A stretch of DNA of 64,000 nucleotides, from assembly GCA_964537135.1 (NCBI GenBank), contig CAZHZC010000006.1, positions 6,669 through 70,668 on the forward strand, given 5' to 3'. The translations under genes were made by a program, and so were the position numbers. Below, piece by piece: positions 63,410-64,000 of the stretch. The stretch comes from an uncultured Rikenella sp. GTDB taxonomy: Bacteria; Bacteroidota; Bacteroidia; Bacteroidales; VadinHA17. Position 1 is the first letter of the stretch. Each line of letters starts with the position of its first letter. Below the pieces are notes generated by a model, which did not search any database, was not told the origin of the DNA, and saw only the letters and a program-made list of their open reading frames with translations.

Positions 63410-64000
63410 GTGGACGCAAGAAGCAGAGTAGAAAAGGCCTTTGAGCGGTGGAAAGGCTCAGCACCGGAAGTGATAACCCGCCTGCCGCAATCGGGCTCAG
63501 ACCGTATATATTTCAGACTCATATGCCGTGAAGACAGGCTTATAGGAGCATATAACCCCAGCCGTGAGGAGAATAATGCCTTTGTAGGCTTCTCCAACCA
63601 TTTCCGGTCAAAGGGGCTGCCGGTGCCTGAGATCTATATCTATTATCCTGATGAGAAGGTCTATTTCCTCGAAGACCTGGGTGATATCAACCTCTTCACC
63701 TGGCTGGCACAACGGCCCGAAGAGGAGCGGTTCAACAGGGAGACCGAAGAGCTGTTTCTTACAATAGCATCTGACCTGGTAAGGATACAGACCGAAGGGA
63801 TCAGAGGGCTTGACCTCTCACTCTGCTACCCGCACCGCAGCTTTGACCGCCAGAGCATCGTATGGGATATGAACTATTACAAGTACATGTTCCTGAAGCT
63901 TATAGGTGCTCCCTTCAACGAGACGAGGCTGGAGCGCGACTTTGAGCGGCTGACACTGTTCCTGCTTGATGCCGGACAGGATTATTTCCTCTACCGCGAC
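63410..64000 (+). CDS. Aminoglycoside-phosphotransferase-fold kinase, AmgK-like (MurNAc/GlcNAc anomeric kinase candidate), 5' part
   Basis: Open frame from GTG 63410 to the window end: VDARSRVEKAFERWKG...LPQSGSDRIYFRL...YFLEDLGD. Not in the ORF track because it runs off the edge. Start codon uncertain. Confidence 0.6.
   Translation, partial: MDARSRVEKAFERWKGSAPEVITRLPQSGSDRIYFRLICREDRLIGAYNPSREENNAFVGFSNHFRSKGLPVPEIYIYYPDEKVYFLEDLGDINLFTWLAQRPEEERFNRETEELFLTIASDLVRIQTEGIRGLDLSLCYPHRSFDRQSIVWDMNYYKYMFLKLIGAPFNETRLERDFERLTLFLLDAGQDYFLYRD

Overview
This 64-kb segment reads like core chromosome of a Bacteroidota anaerobe, probably Bacteroidia or Marinilabiliales-like. That placement rests on gene content and order (rseC-rnfB-rnfC; guaB-PPIase-PPIase-OstA-like; thrS-infC-rpmI-rplT; long LepB; NagZ/beta-lactamase fusion with an AmgK-like kinase) and on TAnnTTTG -7 boxes upstream of several genes. 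I support about 55 protein-coding genes, two tandem tRNA-Leu genes, a few intrinsic-terminator hairpins and many short tandem repeats. I saw no rRNA, CRISPR array, transposase, integrase or phage genes.

Two things stand out. (1) At 48.1-58.9 kb, a tightly packed operon encodes a Mop-type molybdopterin aldehyde oxidoreductase together with a C_GCAxxG_C_C protein, a large flavo-FeS/CCG-domain protein, a 64-aa zinc-ribbon protein, an atypical multi-Cys-motif radical SAM enzyme, a SAM methyltransferase and a PaaK-like adenylating enzyme. A DUF364 + XdhC pair converges on it. Only XdhC has an understood role, so the rest looks like an uncharacterised maturation or cofactor-tailoring cassette. (2) The window holds at least 12 independent short tandem duplications with units of 12-65 bp. 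They sit inside genes, at gene 3' ends and in spacers. Some remodel protein termini (TrmD, a 3'-5' exonuclease, the OstA-like protein) and one duplicates a gene start.

All calls come from reading the supplied ORF translations and the sequence by eye. No searches were run, so family names are recognition-based and should be confirmed by HMM or BLAST.
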